DNA of 63,948 bases, filler included, from Reclinomonas americana ATCC 50394 (GCA_048213135.1; 11 parts of 11 records of this genome joined end to end with filler, not necessarily neighbours in it), one strand, 5' to 3'. Positions 51,380 through 62,450 are shown, numbered from the whole stretch's first letter. The notes: a model not told the origin generated them from the sequence alone. Made by a program: numbers and translations.

Positions 51380-51945
51380 ATGCTCACCAGTGCACGCCTT
51401 CATCGCCTGCTCTTCTCCACCAGCGCCAGTGGACGCCCTGCATCAGTGCCCATCATCCGGCTAGTCTCCGGTCGCGACCACGACTGTGGCAACCCCGACT
51501 GCTGCGCGCATGAGCATCTAGTCGAGGTGCACGAGGCAGAGGAGGATGCTGAGGGTGCGCGACAGGCACTTGCGCGGGAAATGGAGGCCAGTGGAGTGGT
51601 TACAGAGGCGGATCGCGGGGTGGAGGTGTTCTTTGAGCGGTTGAAGACGATGAGTGATGCAGAGGTGAAGCAGTTCTTATCGGTGAGTAGAACGGTGTGT
51701 CATTGGAGTGCGTGTTGTTTGGTGTGTTCAGCTGTTGTTGGCGTAGAGGGCAAAGGAGCTGGAGGATGCGCAGGCGGAGAAGCAGCGGGTGAATCCGCGG
51801 ACGGGCGAGGTCGATGGGCCAGCGGGTCCAGGTTTGTGCTGGTGACTCACTTGCGCCTTCTATTCCTCTCACTTGCACGTGGTGTGGTGTAGAGCCGACG
51901 CGGTATGGCGACTGGGAACGCAAGGGAAGGGTCACTGACTTCTGA
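51380..51945 (+). CDS. SDHAF4: Succinate dehydrogenase assembly factor 4 (Sdh8/DUF1674) with a mitochondrial presequence-like N-terminus
   Basis: Three exons. C-terminus VNPRTGEVDGPAGP|EPTRYGDWERKGRVTDF* is the diagnostic DUF1674 motif. N-terminus MLTSARLHRLLFSTSASGR is Arg/Ser-rich. Confidence 0.9.
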
Positions 51946-51964
51946 GCGGAGCTTTCGAGACTCC

Positions 51965-52775
51965 GATGCCAAGTAGATAGATGTACAATGGAGTGTTTCA
52001 TTCGACAGCAGGCGCAGAGTACTTACTTGCTCAGAGTGAAACGGTAGTAGATGCAACGCTCCTCCAGGTCTCCACCTTTCGATCAGCAGCAGGCGCGGAG
52101 TATTTCCAACATCAGGAGCTTGCGGCTGTCCCGCGTCTCTCCACCTTTCGATCAGCACCTGGCGCGGAGTACATTCTAACATCTTGTGCGTTGCTGCTCA
52201 GAGTGACGCACAAATAGATGCAACACTCCTCCAGATCTCCTCCCTTCGATCAACAGCTGGTGTAGAGTACTTTCTGAGCAAGTAGATGCACGCTCCTCGA
52301 GTCTCCACATTCCATTCAGCAGCTGGCGTTCTGCCGTCAGGTGCTTGCAGTTCCAACCGATCCAAGTAGATGCAAGGCTCTTATCTCCACTTCATTCGAC
52401 AGCAGGCGCAGAGTATTGCCAACATCAGGAGCTTGAGTCAAGCAAATACAGATGCAACGCTCCCAGACTCTCCGCCGTTCACTTGTCAGCCGGCATCAGG
52501 TGCTTGCAGTTCCGAGCGACAAGTAGATGCAACGCTCCTCTCTCCTCCTTGCATTCGACAGCTGGCGCAGAACGCATCTAACATCGTGCCAGGTGCTTGC
52601 TTGCTGTTCGAGTCACCACATAACATTCAGCAGCTGGCGTTGGTTCTTGTAGTTCCGAGCGATCCAAGTAGATGTGATAGAGCACAGGCAACGCTTCTCA
52701 GGTCTCCTCCACCATTCATTCAACAGCAGGCGCAGAATACTTTCTAACATCAGGTGCTTGCCGGCTGTTTTCGAG
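51965..52775. repeat. Degenerate intergenic minisatellite, ~8-9 units of ~70-100 bp
   Basis: The core AGTAGATGCAACGCTC...CTCCAC...CAGC(A/T)GGCGC(A/G)GA recurs at ~52047, 52216, 52282, 52366, 52446, 52522 and 52667. Confidence 0.8.
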
Positions 52776-52814
52776 TGAAACACGCGGAGAACGACTGTCC
52801 CCGTCATCCAATCC

Positions 52815-55800
52815 TTACTGGTTGGCGCGGGCAAAGCCGACCTGGTTGCCACCAACGTCGAACACGGTCGCGTCTGCACATTATCAACAGAGAGAGGAGA
52901 GTGAGTTGACTTAAAAGAGCACGGATGGGAGAGAAAGAGTGTGTGAATGTCACGCACAGGTGCTGATAAACACGTCGCCCAGAATCCACAGCTCGCCGAG
53001 CTGAGCCGGCAGGTCAATGGCCATGATGCCAATGATGCACTCGGACTGGCCGAGCTCGGACACCTTGAGCACGTACTCGGAGCCCTTCAGCTCGTAGGTC
53101 TTGCCGCTGATGGTGAACGACAGGGTCGGCAGCGTGCTGAGGTTGCTGCAGTCCTTGGCGACGGTGCCAATGGCCGCCAGCACCTTGTTGACCTCATCGC
53201 GAGGGCCAGCAATGAGCGAAGTGCCAGTGTCCACAATGGCGCTGTGCGAGGCACACAACAGTGGTGTGAGTGGAGAGCAAGAATATAGAAGGGGGGTCGG
53301 TGAGACGCAACGGGGTGTTGGCGTTCACAATGGCCTTGCCGTTGACGTTGATGGCGTCGACACCAATCTTCCAGTAGGTGTCCGAGGTCTGCACGCGCGA
53401 CAAAGAAAGAGTTAGGTGAAGGCGAAGGGAAGGCGAGGGGGGTAAGGGAGGCAACAACGAACCACGGGGGTGTAGCTGAAATCGCCAGACACCTTGCTCT
53501 GGTCAATGCCGCCGAGCACCATCACGGAGGTGGTGGCGCCGGGGGTCTGTGGAATGGGGGAAGGGGGGAGGTGAGGGGAAGGAGAAGGGGAAAGGAGAAG
53601 GGGGAAGGAGAAGGGGGAAAGAGGGAAGAGAAGGGGAAGAGAAGGGGAGAGAGGGAGAGAGGGAGAGAGGAGAGAGGGGAGAGAAGGGGAGAGAGGCTGC
53701 TGTACCGTACATCCGCCGAGTGCCCGTTTCAGCGAGCCGTACGNNNNNNNNNNNNNNNNNNNNNNNNNNNNNNNNNNNNNNNNNNNNTTAATTAATTAAN
53801 NNNNNNNNNNNNNNNNNNNNNNNNNNNNNNNNNNNNNNNNNNNTGGGAGAAGAGAGGAGGGGAAGAGTGAGAGAAGAGAGGAGGGGGAAGAGTGAGAGAA
53901 GAGAGGAGGGGGAAGAGTGGGGGAAGAGCAGGCGGGAGAGCAGGGGGAAGAGCAGGGGGAAGAGCAGGGGGAAGAGCAGGGGGAAGAGCAGGGGGAAGAG
54001 AGGAGAGCGGAAGAGAGCGGAAGAGAAGGGGGGAGAGAGGGGAAGTGGAGAGAGCACAAGAATTCTGCTTCCTCACTCGCTTCTCATGAGAAGGGCAACC
54101 CTCATCCCACTCAGCATCTGCGCTCACACTGCTCCCCTTCCTCAATTCCCCCTTTCCCCTTCGTCCCATCCACAAACCTTCGACAGGTAGAAGAAGAACT
54201 TGTTGGCCAGCTGACCATTGCTCTGCTTCACGGCCTGGTCAAAGAACGTCGGCACGCTGTCGACGCTGATGGCCGGGAAGGCCATGCCGAGGATGCCGTC
54301 CATCTTGCCGGCCAAGAACGAGATGCCAGACTCCTTGGTCACCTCGCCGAAGAGCTGCGCGAGAAAATGCAGGAAAATGAGCACGGGGGGAAGGGGAAGA
54401 GGACACGGCGGAAAAGGAGAAGAGAGGACACAACAGGGAAAATTGAAGGAGGAGAGGCCAATGCTCTCAGACATGACAAGGAAAGCAAAAGAGGACACAG
54501 AAGAGTAGGAAGGAGACAGGAAAGAAGGAGAAGACGAAGAGAGGTTAATGCTCTCACACGAGAAGCAGAGAAGGTGAAGACCACGCTTAATGAAGGCAAG
54601 AAGAGAGGCCAGCGCTCTCAGAATATAGCAGAAGAGAAGAAGAGAGGACGACAAGGAAGAGAGGCCAAAGCGCTCAAACAAGGTAGGAGAGAAGAAAAGA
54701 GAAGACAGAAGAGAGAGAGAGAGAGTGAAGTATGAAGCAAAGGAGGAGAGGGAGAGACTTACGCTCTCGGTAACGGCAGGGAAGGAGAAGAGAACAGACA
54801 GGAGAAGGCACAGTTCGTGAGCAGAAGACAGGCCACCACTCTTGGACAAGCGGGGGAGTGAAGATAAGCCCATGTTCTCGGAAGCGCAGAAGAGATGAAG
54901 TTGGAAGGCAAGCACTCTCAAACAAGCAGGAAAGAAAACGAGAGGAAAACGCTCTGCGAAGGCAGGAGAAGAGAGGTGCAACAATGTTAGACAGAAGGAA
55001 GACGTGAGAACACAGCAGGCAACAAAGAGAGAGGATAACGCTTTCGGAACAGACAGGAAGAGAAGAAGAGAGGGCACAGCAGGGAAGAAAGAGAGAGGTC
55101 AACGCTCTTAGAGCAAGGCAGGAGAAGGAGAGGAGAAGCAAAGAGAGGCGCAACAATGTTAGACAAAGGAAGGAAGACGTGAGAACACAGCAGGGAACAA
55201 AGAGAGAGGATAACGCTCTCGGAACAGACAGGAAGAGAAGCACAACGAGAAGGCAGGAGAAGGCAACCCTTCATCCAAACCAATCCCCCTTCAACCAATC
55301 CATCCACGCAACGAAGCGCTGCGACTCATCCGAGCTGGCGCCGACCGACACGTCACCGACCGTGACCTTGTCCTTGGAGAGGAAGCCGTGCACGCCACCC
55401 GACCCGTACTGAATGTCAAAGTCGCGTCCATCAACGCGGTACGTCGACGACTTGCTCGAGTCGAAACGCGAGTGCAAGAGGCACGAGACCGCGCGGCACT
55501 TGCTCGACGGCACCCACAGGTTGGAGGAGCCAGTGTCAAAGACGACCTTGAACGACTGCGGCGGAGTGCCAATCTGCGCAATGCCAAAGTACTGCGCGTC
55601 CTCGTAGTCGCTCAGCGGGACGTTGTGGCCGTCGCCGAGGTCGAACGACGTCGTCGAGTCCATCAGCGACGTCGCACGCAGGCGGCCACTGCGAGAAGAA
55701 GCACCGGGGGTCAGTGCCATGTCGGAAAAACACAAAACCCCCGCACAAACAACAAACGCACACAGATACAACACGAATGGAGGGAATGAGGAGAGCAGAG

Positions 55801-56067
55801 AGAAGAAAAAAAGGAGCCCGGTTGTGCAGCGCGTGTGTGTTGAGAGTTTCGAGCATTTGCAGCACTCAACTTGACCATCTCCATGCGGACACCGCCGGCC
55901 TCCTGCATCTTGCGGAGGATGCGGATGCGCTGGAGCTGCTCCTGCGCAGTCATCAGCTCGGAGCGGTGGCGCATGGGCACGGCCACGCCGCCTTCGGCGG
56001 AGGCGGAGATGGCGGCCATCAGCACGGTGGCCAGGAGGGCCAGGCAGACCACGGAGAGGGTGCGCAT
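52815..56067 (-). CDS. Cathepsin D-like (pepsin family A1) aspartic protease, secreted/lysosomal; spans the gap at 53744
   Basis: Signal peptide [34 protein letters not shown]...[70 protein letters not shown]. Confidence 0.95.
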
Positions 56068-56413
56068 GGTGGGGGGGAGAGGCTGTTGAAGGGGGAGGTG
56101 AGGAAGGGGGCGAGGGAGAGGCGGCGAGTGCTCCGAGGGAAACGCAACTTTTTTGTCTGAATAATGAGGAAATTTCGAAATGCATCGGTTTTGGGAAGCG
56201 AGGAAGAGCGGCGCGCAGGCGCACGTGCGTGGAAGGAGAGGGAGAGGGAGAGGGTGAGAGAGACGTGTTAGTTCTTCAAGCTGCTAAGTGGTTGACAGGA
56301 TCTGCCAGGAATCATGGACGCGACGACACTGTCGTATTTGTCAGGTTATTGCATCCTTTTGTGTGTGCGAGAGAGGTAGGACCACAGAGCGTGTGTGCGC
56401 GAGAGTGTGAGAG

Positions 56414-59103
56414 ATGGCAGCTGCCGCTGGAAGTGCGACGGTGCCAGTGCGGACGTCAAGTCGCACAGGGCTGCCGCTCAAGTGAGTCGTGCCTCACTCA
56501 AGTTGCACTCCACACACGTCATTGCTCACAACGCAGTCATGGTGTGCATCCGCATCCGCAGTGTGCCTGCACTGCGCATCACTTCCGCCATGGATGGCCC
56601 AATGACGCTTGCCCTGCAACACAAGGTGCTGCAGGTGTTGCCAGCGTTCCTGAACGACCCTGCTGGCGCTGGCATTGAGCACTTTGAAGAGTGGTCGAAA
56701 CAACTTAACTGCAACTCCAGCGGACGAGATCGAAGGTAATGTGCCATAGTCACACTCACGTACGATATCGATACACGCGCTTGCACTCTTCCCTCGTGCA
56801 TCCTTCGCTCCGCTGCGCATGCGATGTGAACGTGGCTCAAATGAGCATGATCATAATTTCACCGGCCGCGGTACCCTTTTTCTCATCGCGACGCGTCATT
56901 CCTGATTGCAGAACTGTGCAAGTGGTGGACGGCGCCTACTGCGGCGCCAAGATATCGAGTGCTGCTGCAGCCACCTTGCAGCAATGGCGAGGAAACATGT
57001 GTGACTTGCCCGCGCTTGACATCTCCAATGCCGCACCGATTCTGGAGTTCGGCGCATTCATCGCCAGTGACGACACGGTCCATCGCGTTCTCCCTGACGA
57101 CCGACAGGTGAGCCCATCGACAGCGGCGAGTGCACTGTTGTCTGTGTTGTTGACCTTTGTGTTTACGCGTCCTTGCAGCGTGCTGCGGTCAAAGCCGCGC
57201 GAGAAATCCGCAACTCGATAATCCATGATCGAGGATCGCAGTCGCACGAAGATCTGGAAGATTTGCTTGGGATGCCCGGCGAACAAGGTCGCCTACATGG
57301 TATCATTGTGGACTTGCAACTCGGTGTCGATGTGCAGGAGACGTTGTTGACACAGTTGGATGCGGCTCGTGAGGGTGAGTTGTTCGCTGCGCATCATCGA
57401 TGGGTGTGATTGTGTGCATTCTCATGTGCATCTACAATGTTTCTGTGTGCTCGCAGGTCCACTCGATGGGAATAGACTCCCTCCTCGAGCTCTTGCTGTG
57501 CGCGTTAAAGAGCAGCTGCTAACACAATTGTCGTGCTGCACACGTTGCGACAAGCTACCACGTCTGGTATTGTTAATAATCCAAATAACCGGGCTTCTTG
57601 TATGGATGGTAGTCCTTGCGACACCATTTATACTTGAATGTAAGTATTTGGATTGGAAGACACGCTCTGGCGACTGGAGTTTGGATTGTCACAGCCATGT
57701 CAATGCCACCGACTGCCGCGTTGCTTCGCTCACTCAGTGCTCCGAGTATGGAACGTGTGGCTGGTGTGCATTGCCCGCAGGCGACGGTTCGGGGACTTGC
57801 ATGTTTGCTTCGACTGATGGCTGGCCGGCACTCTACCGGTGTGACGGAGGAGTATGGAGTGGATACGAAAACCTGTCGTGCGACTACCACACGGCCGCTG
57901 CGTTCTCGACTGCTGTATACGCGTCATTCGTACTTTTGTTCTTGCTCTTGTGTACGATGCTCCACAGCGGAACTGCCAGGTGACAGTTCCCGTGGTGCTC
58001 GCTTTGTTCTCCCAGTACACGCCACCGTTCTGAACAGAAGTCTGCATCCCCACAGATATCGAAGGCGAATGCGAGGCTTTGCGCAAGTGTCGTGTCGCAA
58101 GGTGTTTTCATTTGCATGCTGCGCGTGCAACTATCCAGACTGCGAGACCGCTGGCGCTGTTTTTCTCGGCTACTGCATGGCACACTCTACCACGTATTTG
58201 CCTCCCATTATCTTGGCACTTCTTCTCATGTTTTGGTCGTCGGATGGCGTACCTGCTGTGTTATACGGTCGCGAACGGGTGGCATTCATTTGCTGCATGT
58301 TTCTTGTGGCTTCTGCCATGTATACTGTTCGCGAAATGGAGAAGCTGGAACGGACCGCAGCATTGCACGGAGTGCTGAATAGACATGCGTTTGGTGCATT
58401 TGCGATATTGATATGTGCTGTTGGTGACGAGTCTGTGTTGCTCATTTCTCCTCATTTCTACTGTTGTCTTTCGCGCAGCCATCGTGTTCATGAATTTGTG
58501 CTGGTGGTCAGTGATTCTGTTCCCATTGAACTTTGACGCTGGCGAGCTAGTTCCTGCAACGCGGACCACGTGGCTAGCCGTCGCAGTATTGGTGCTTTTC
58601 GCTGCGGAAGGGGCGGGGGCCACGGCTCGATTAGACGTAGACCTCCGCGTGAGCCCTGCTGTGGGCTCTCGATGGTTGACATCTGTTATGGCCATCATCG
58701 TGACAACGACCAACATTGCACTTGTCATCGCCATTGCGGTGCTCGAGGCCAGAGCGCAGCGCACCCTGGACTACAATCTGTACGGCGTTGTGGGCAAGCT
58801 GCTCTCTGCATTGTGTGGAACCGTCGTCTGCAGTATTTTCCTCCGCATGCTTACTGTGCCTGCGCCGGATGCGGTCGACGTTCTCACCAGTGATGAACCG
58901 GTCCCCGACGTTGAGGTGGCCGTCTACGACGCCGGTAAGCAGGGCTGACTTGCAGAATGACAAGCGTGCAACAACACTGCCGGGAGCACTCACACTGTGC
59001 TGTTCATCTTGCAGAACGCCAGCCACTCCTGGAACCAGGAAGTGTACAGCTTCCAGTTGCCACCGAGAACGGAGGAAGTATTGACGCCACTGAGCAAGTG
59101 TAG
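56414..59103 (+). CDS. Predicted HEPN-domain (DZIP3/Swt1-like) protein fused to an ~8-TM membrane domain with a PSI-like Cys-rich loop
   Basis: Eight exons join in frame: MAAAAG...LPLN|VPALRITSAMDGPMTLALQHKVL...|...LPALDISNAAPIL...|RAAVKAAREIRNSIIHD...|...TM1, CHSH..DC..QCSEYGTCGWC..GTC..RCDGGVW..SC, TM2...|TM3-5|TM5-8...DA|ERQPLL...EQV*. Confidence 0.65.
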
Positions 59104-59875
59104 CTCAGTGATGCACTTGATTGACTATTGTAAAACAGACATACTTGTGCAAACTCACACCACCAACAAAGACTTCATACACGCAAGCATAACGATTACC
59201 GTCTTAAGTGAGCAGCAGAAACTGAGACATCACTGAATAAGAACGAGAACAATTGAATGCCTCATGCTGGCGTGTCAGCACGAGAAACCACGGAGTGTAG
59301 CACACACATAAACTGCAGCCAGACTTCACTGGCATACACAGAAAAGGTAAAGCGTTGGTAGGAAACCAACAACATAGCCAAGCAAAGAGAAGGAGCGTGG
59401 TGTTGTCGTCAACAGTGACTGCCTTTTGTTATTGAGATTGTTCAGTTGATGCTGGGGCACTCCAACAGCCAAAACTCATTCATGTGAACATGCACCGCAC
59501 ACTTCACAAGCGCCTCTTGCCCTGGACAGTCTGCACGCAGCACTCCGTCATTCAGCAGCACGAGAATACAAATACAACAAATCATGATCACTACAAACTT
59601 CAAGCACCAAAAAACCCACCTCCACCATCCTCCTTCCCTCCCTCCCTCCCCCCACTCTCACCCACCCACCCGCACTCCCTCGCGCCCCCGCACACACACA
59701 CACACACACACGACGACGACGACGCGACGACGTACGTACNNNNNNNNNNNNNNNNNNNNNNNNNNNNNNNNNNNNNNNNNNNNTTAATTAATTAANNNNN
59801 NNNNNNNNNNNNNNNNNNNNNNNNNNNNNNNNNNNNNNNCCCCACCCACCACCACCACCACCACCACCACCGCGG

Positions 59876-61231
59876 CTAGCTCCCGCGCATCATCTCAACG
59901 ACGACCTGCAACACCGACACGGGAAATACGCGTGCCGGCCTACAGTTATCCACGCCATCCAGCACGATGCACCCGCGGTCGTTCAAGTGCAGCAGCGCAA
60001 ACACGAACGCGCCTTCTCCCTCGCCCCCGCCCCCGCCCCCGCCGCCCTCCTTCCACACGCTTATCGACTCCTCGTAGGTAAGCGCCTTGAACGTTGTCCA
60101 CACGGCCTCGTCGGAGACAATGTTCTCCTCGACCTGCAGCGCACCCAAAATCCACTTGTTCTTCTCGGCCATTTTGCGGAGAAGCGCGGCGAGCAAATCG
60201 CCATACTTGTTCTTCTCGCCACCATCGCTGCTCCTGTCGTTAGTCACGCCCGACGCGGACGCCATCACGCGCTCCAGCGCCCTCATCGACGAACCGACCA
60301 TGAACACGCACAGGCGCGCAATCCTCCTCCTCCGGCACACATCGTCACACCCCTTGGCCTCCAGCATCGCAAGTGCCGTGTCAATGTCGACGGGCGTGCT
60401 GCTGTGGACGCCCAGTGTGCGGTACTTGGTGCCGTTGAAGTTGGGCGCCCCGCGCAGCCGCGGGTACTCTTGCCGCACCGCCTCGTTGCCGTTGCAGGTG
60501 ACGAGGAGCGGGAGGATGGCGGCCGAGGTGCAGAGGTTGGTGGAGATGCGGCCGCTGGCCTGGTCGCCGAGGAATGCAAGTTCGTGGAGGGTGAAAAGGG
60601 CCTTGTCGTACGCTCGTCCGGCCGCCCCCCCAAGCCGGTACAACTGGTCGAAATCGTCTACGAGAAGCAAGAGGCGCCGGTCGTGCTCCGCCAGCGCGCC
60701 GATCAGCGCAACGCCAGGCTGATGATTCGAATGGAGCGGCACGCGGATGCCGTGCACGGCGGCGAGCTGCTCGGCCACCACCTCCAGCAGGCTCTTCTCC
60801 GCAAACGGACTCTGCATCACGTCGGCGAAGCTGACGTAGACCGGGATAATGCCGGGAAAGATGACAGGGCACAGAGCCGCCCAAGAGCGCACAATGCACG
60901 TCATCCCCATGCCCTGGGAGCCGACAAACAGCGTGTTGCCGATGCCGCGCTTCCCGGCGTACCGGTTGCTCGAGAGGTTGCCGGAGACTGTCATCAGACA
61001 CTGGTACATCTCGTGGTGCGTGAGCGTCTTGTAGCAGGGCGTGCGGCCGGAAAAGTGCACTGCCGCCTCCGCGGATTGCCCGACGCGGTCAATGGCGCAC
61101 ATCACATCGTCGGGAGTCGGCCGAGGGCCGAGATCGCCGACCGCGCGCCGGACGAGGTCTGTCGAGGCTCTCGAGGGCGACCAGACGGCGGTGAGGTGAC
61201 GCAGGTGGCAGAGCAGGGGAGGTGCGAGCAT
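59876..61231 (-). CDS. Intronless P-loop NTPase (STAND/AAA-like, possibly CR-NTPase-related) with a degenerate Walker A
   Basis: Single ~450-aa ORF. NTLFVGSQGMGMT (Walker A, K>M); IIPVYVSF; RLLLLVDDFDQLY (Walker B); C-terminal ALLHLNDRGCIV is winged-helix-like. First ATG at 61231. Confidence 0.7.
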   Translation of the reverse strand: MLAPPLLCHLRHLTAVWSPSRASTDLVRRAVGDLGPRPTPDDVMCAIDRVGQSAEAAVHFSGRTPCYKTLTHHEMYQCLMTVSGNLSSNRYAGKRGIGNTLFVGSQGMGMTCIVRSWAALCPVIFPGIIPVYVSFADVMQSPFAEKSLLEVVAEQLAAVHGIRVPLHSNHQPGVALIGALAEHDRRLLLLVDDFDQLYRLGGAAGRAYDKALFTLHELAFLGDQASGRISTNLCTSAAILPLLVTCNGNEAVRQEYPRLRGAPNFNGTKYRTLGVHSSTPVDIDTALAMLEAKGCDDVCRRRRIARLCVFMVGSSMRALERVMASASGVTNDRSSDGGEKNKYGDLLAALLRKMAEKNKWILGALQVEENIVSDEAVWTTFKALTYEESISVWKEGGGGGGGGEGEGAFVFALLHLNDRGCIVLDGVDNCRPARVFPVSVLQVVVEMMRGS

Positions 61232-61481
61232 GTGCTGATGAGGGGGAGTGAGAGAGAAGGAGAGTGAGGGTGGTGGGGGGGTGTGAAAGCAGAGGGATGC
61301 AATACGCACTCTCTCTCTCTCTCTAAACGAGAAGCGTACTAGTGTAAAGTGCGCGACGGGTGGTTTACACTTCGTGTTGTNNNNNNNNNNNNNNNNNNNN
61401 NNNNNNNNNNNNNNNNNNNNNNNNTTAATTAATTAANNNNNNNNNNNNNNNNNNNNNNNNNNNNNNNNNNNNNNNNNNNNT

Positions 61482-61520
<39 letters not shown>

Positions 61521-61725
61521 CTTTCTCTTTCTCTCTCCTCCTCCTCCTCCTCCTCCTTCCTTCCAAACACGCACCGTGCTTCCCTGTGTGCCTCATGTGA
61601 CTGGGCAGATTACGGTGGAGGCCCAATGCTTTGGGGGGCAGATCCGACAAACCCACCACGAGTTGTCACGCCCGATATCAAAAACCTGCCGCCACCATTC
61701 CCGACACACTTTCTGATTTTCATTC

Positions 61726-62450
61726 ATGGCGTGGAGCGCTGATCTTTGGCCGGATGTTTGCTCGCTTGGCTTTGACGAGATGCCATCACCGCTCCCTCAC
61801 CCTCTCCTGCTGGGTGGACTTCCAGAGGTTCTGCTGGTACCGCCACCACCGGTACCACCGCTGCCAGCTGCAGCACTGCCTCCGCCGCTGCCTGTCGTGT
61901 CCTCGGCATTGTCTTGTGCTGCATCGCCTCCTCCTCCTCCTCCTCCTCCTCCGCCACCCCCCCTCGGCAGCGATGTGCTGCAGCTGCTGTGGAAGCCAGC
62001 GAAGAATTCGGACAAGTGTTTCCGGCCGCAGCTGCCACTTGGCGAGGAGGGCTTCATGTGCTCGGTACGCTCATCTGCCCGACTCACACATCATGTGTCC
62101 ACGCACTCACCTCTCTTTCTCTCTCTCTCTCTCTCTCAGGCGCCCTACAAGTACGACGTGCTGCTCGACTTCACACCGGCACCGTGGCGTCTCTTCGCGT
62201 TGCCGCAACAGCTGCGCGTCGACATTGTCATGACTGTGGGCGGGCACCAGTTGCGTACACACACGACGGACTTGTCTCCATCGTGAGAGTCTAACTCGCT
62301 GATGATGATGATGTAGAGTTGAGGAGGCAGTGGACTGCGCGTACTTCACCCTGCAGCAGAACCAGGCGGGGTACAAGGGACGCACAACGGTGCAGTTCCT
62401 GACGCAGTCGTCGCGACATGGGAAGCAGCCATTTGCCATGCACTTGCGGG
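61726..62450 (+). CDS. Pro-rich protein with a possible beta-sandwich (CudA/STAT/p53-like) DNA-binding domain; 3' end in a gap
   Basis: Three in-frame exons ending ...YKGRTTVQFLTQSSRHGKQPFAMHLR|. The F...SS.H....F motif recalls protist Ig-fold transcription factors; the domain call is tentative. Confidence 0.45.

Noticed and set aside
51965..52775. CRISPR-like repeat/spacer appearance
   Set aside because: The repeats are degenerate, the 'spacers' resemble one another and vary in length, no cas genes are present, and the context is eukaryotic.
59987..61267. 426-aa antisense ORF over the NTPase gene
   Set aside because: Shadow ORF expected from GC-rich codon usage on the opposite strand; no recognisable motifs.
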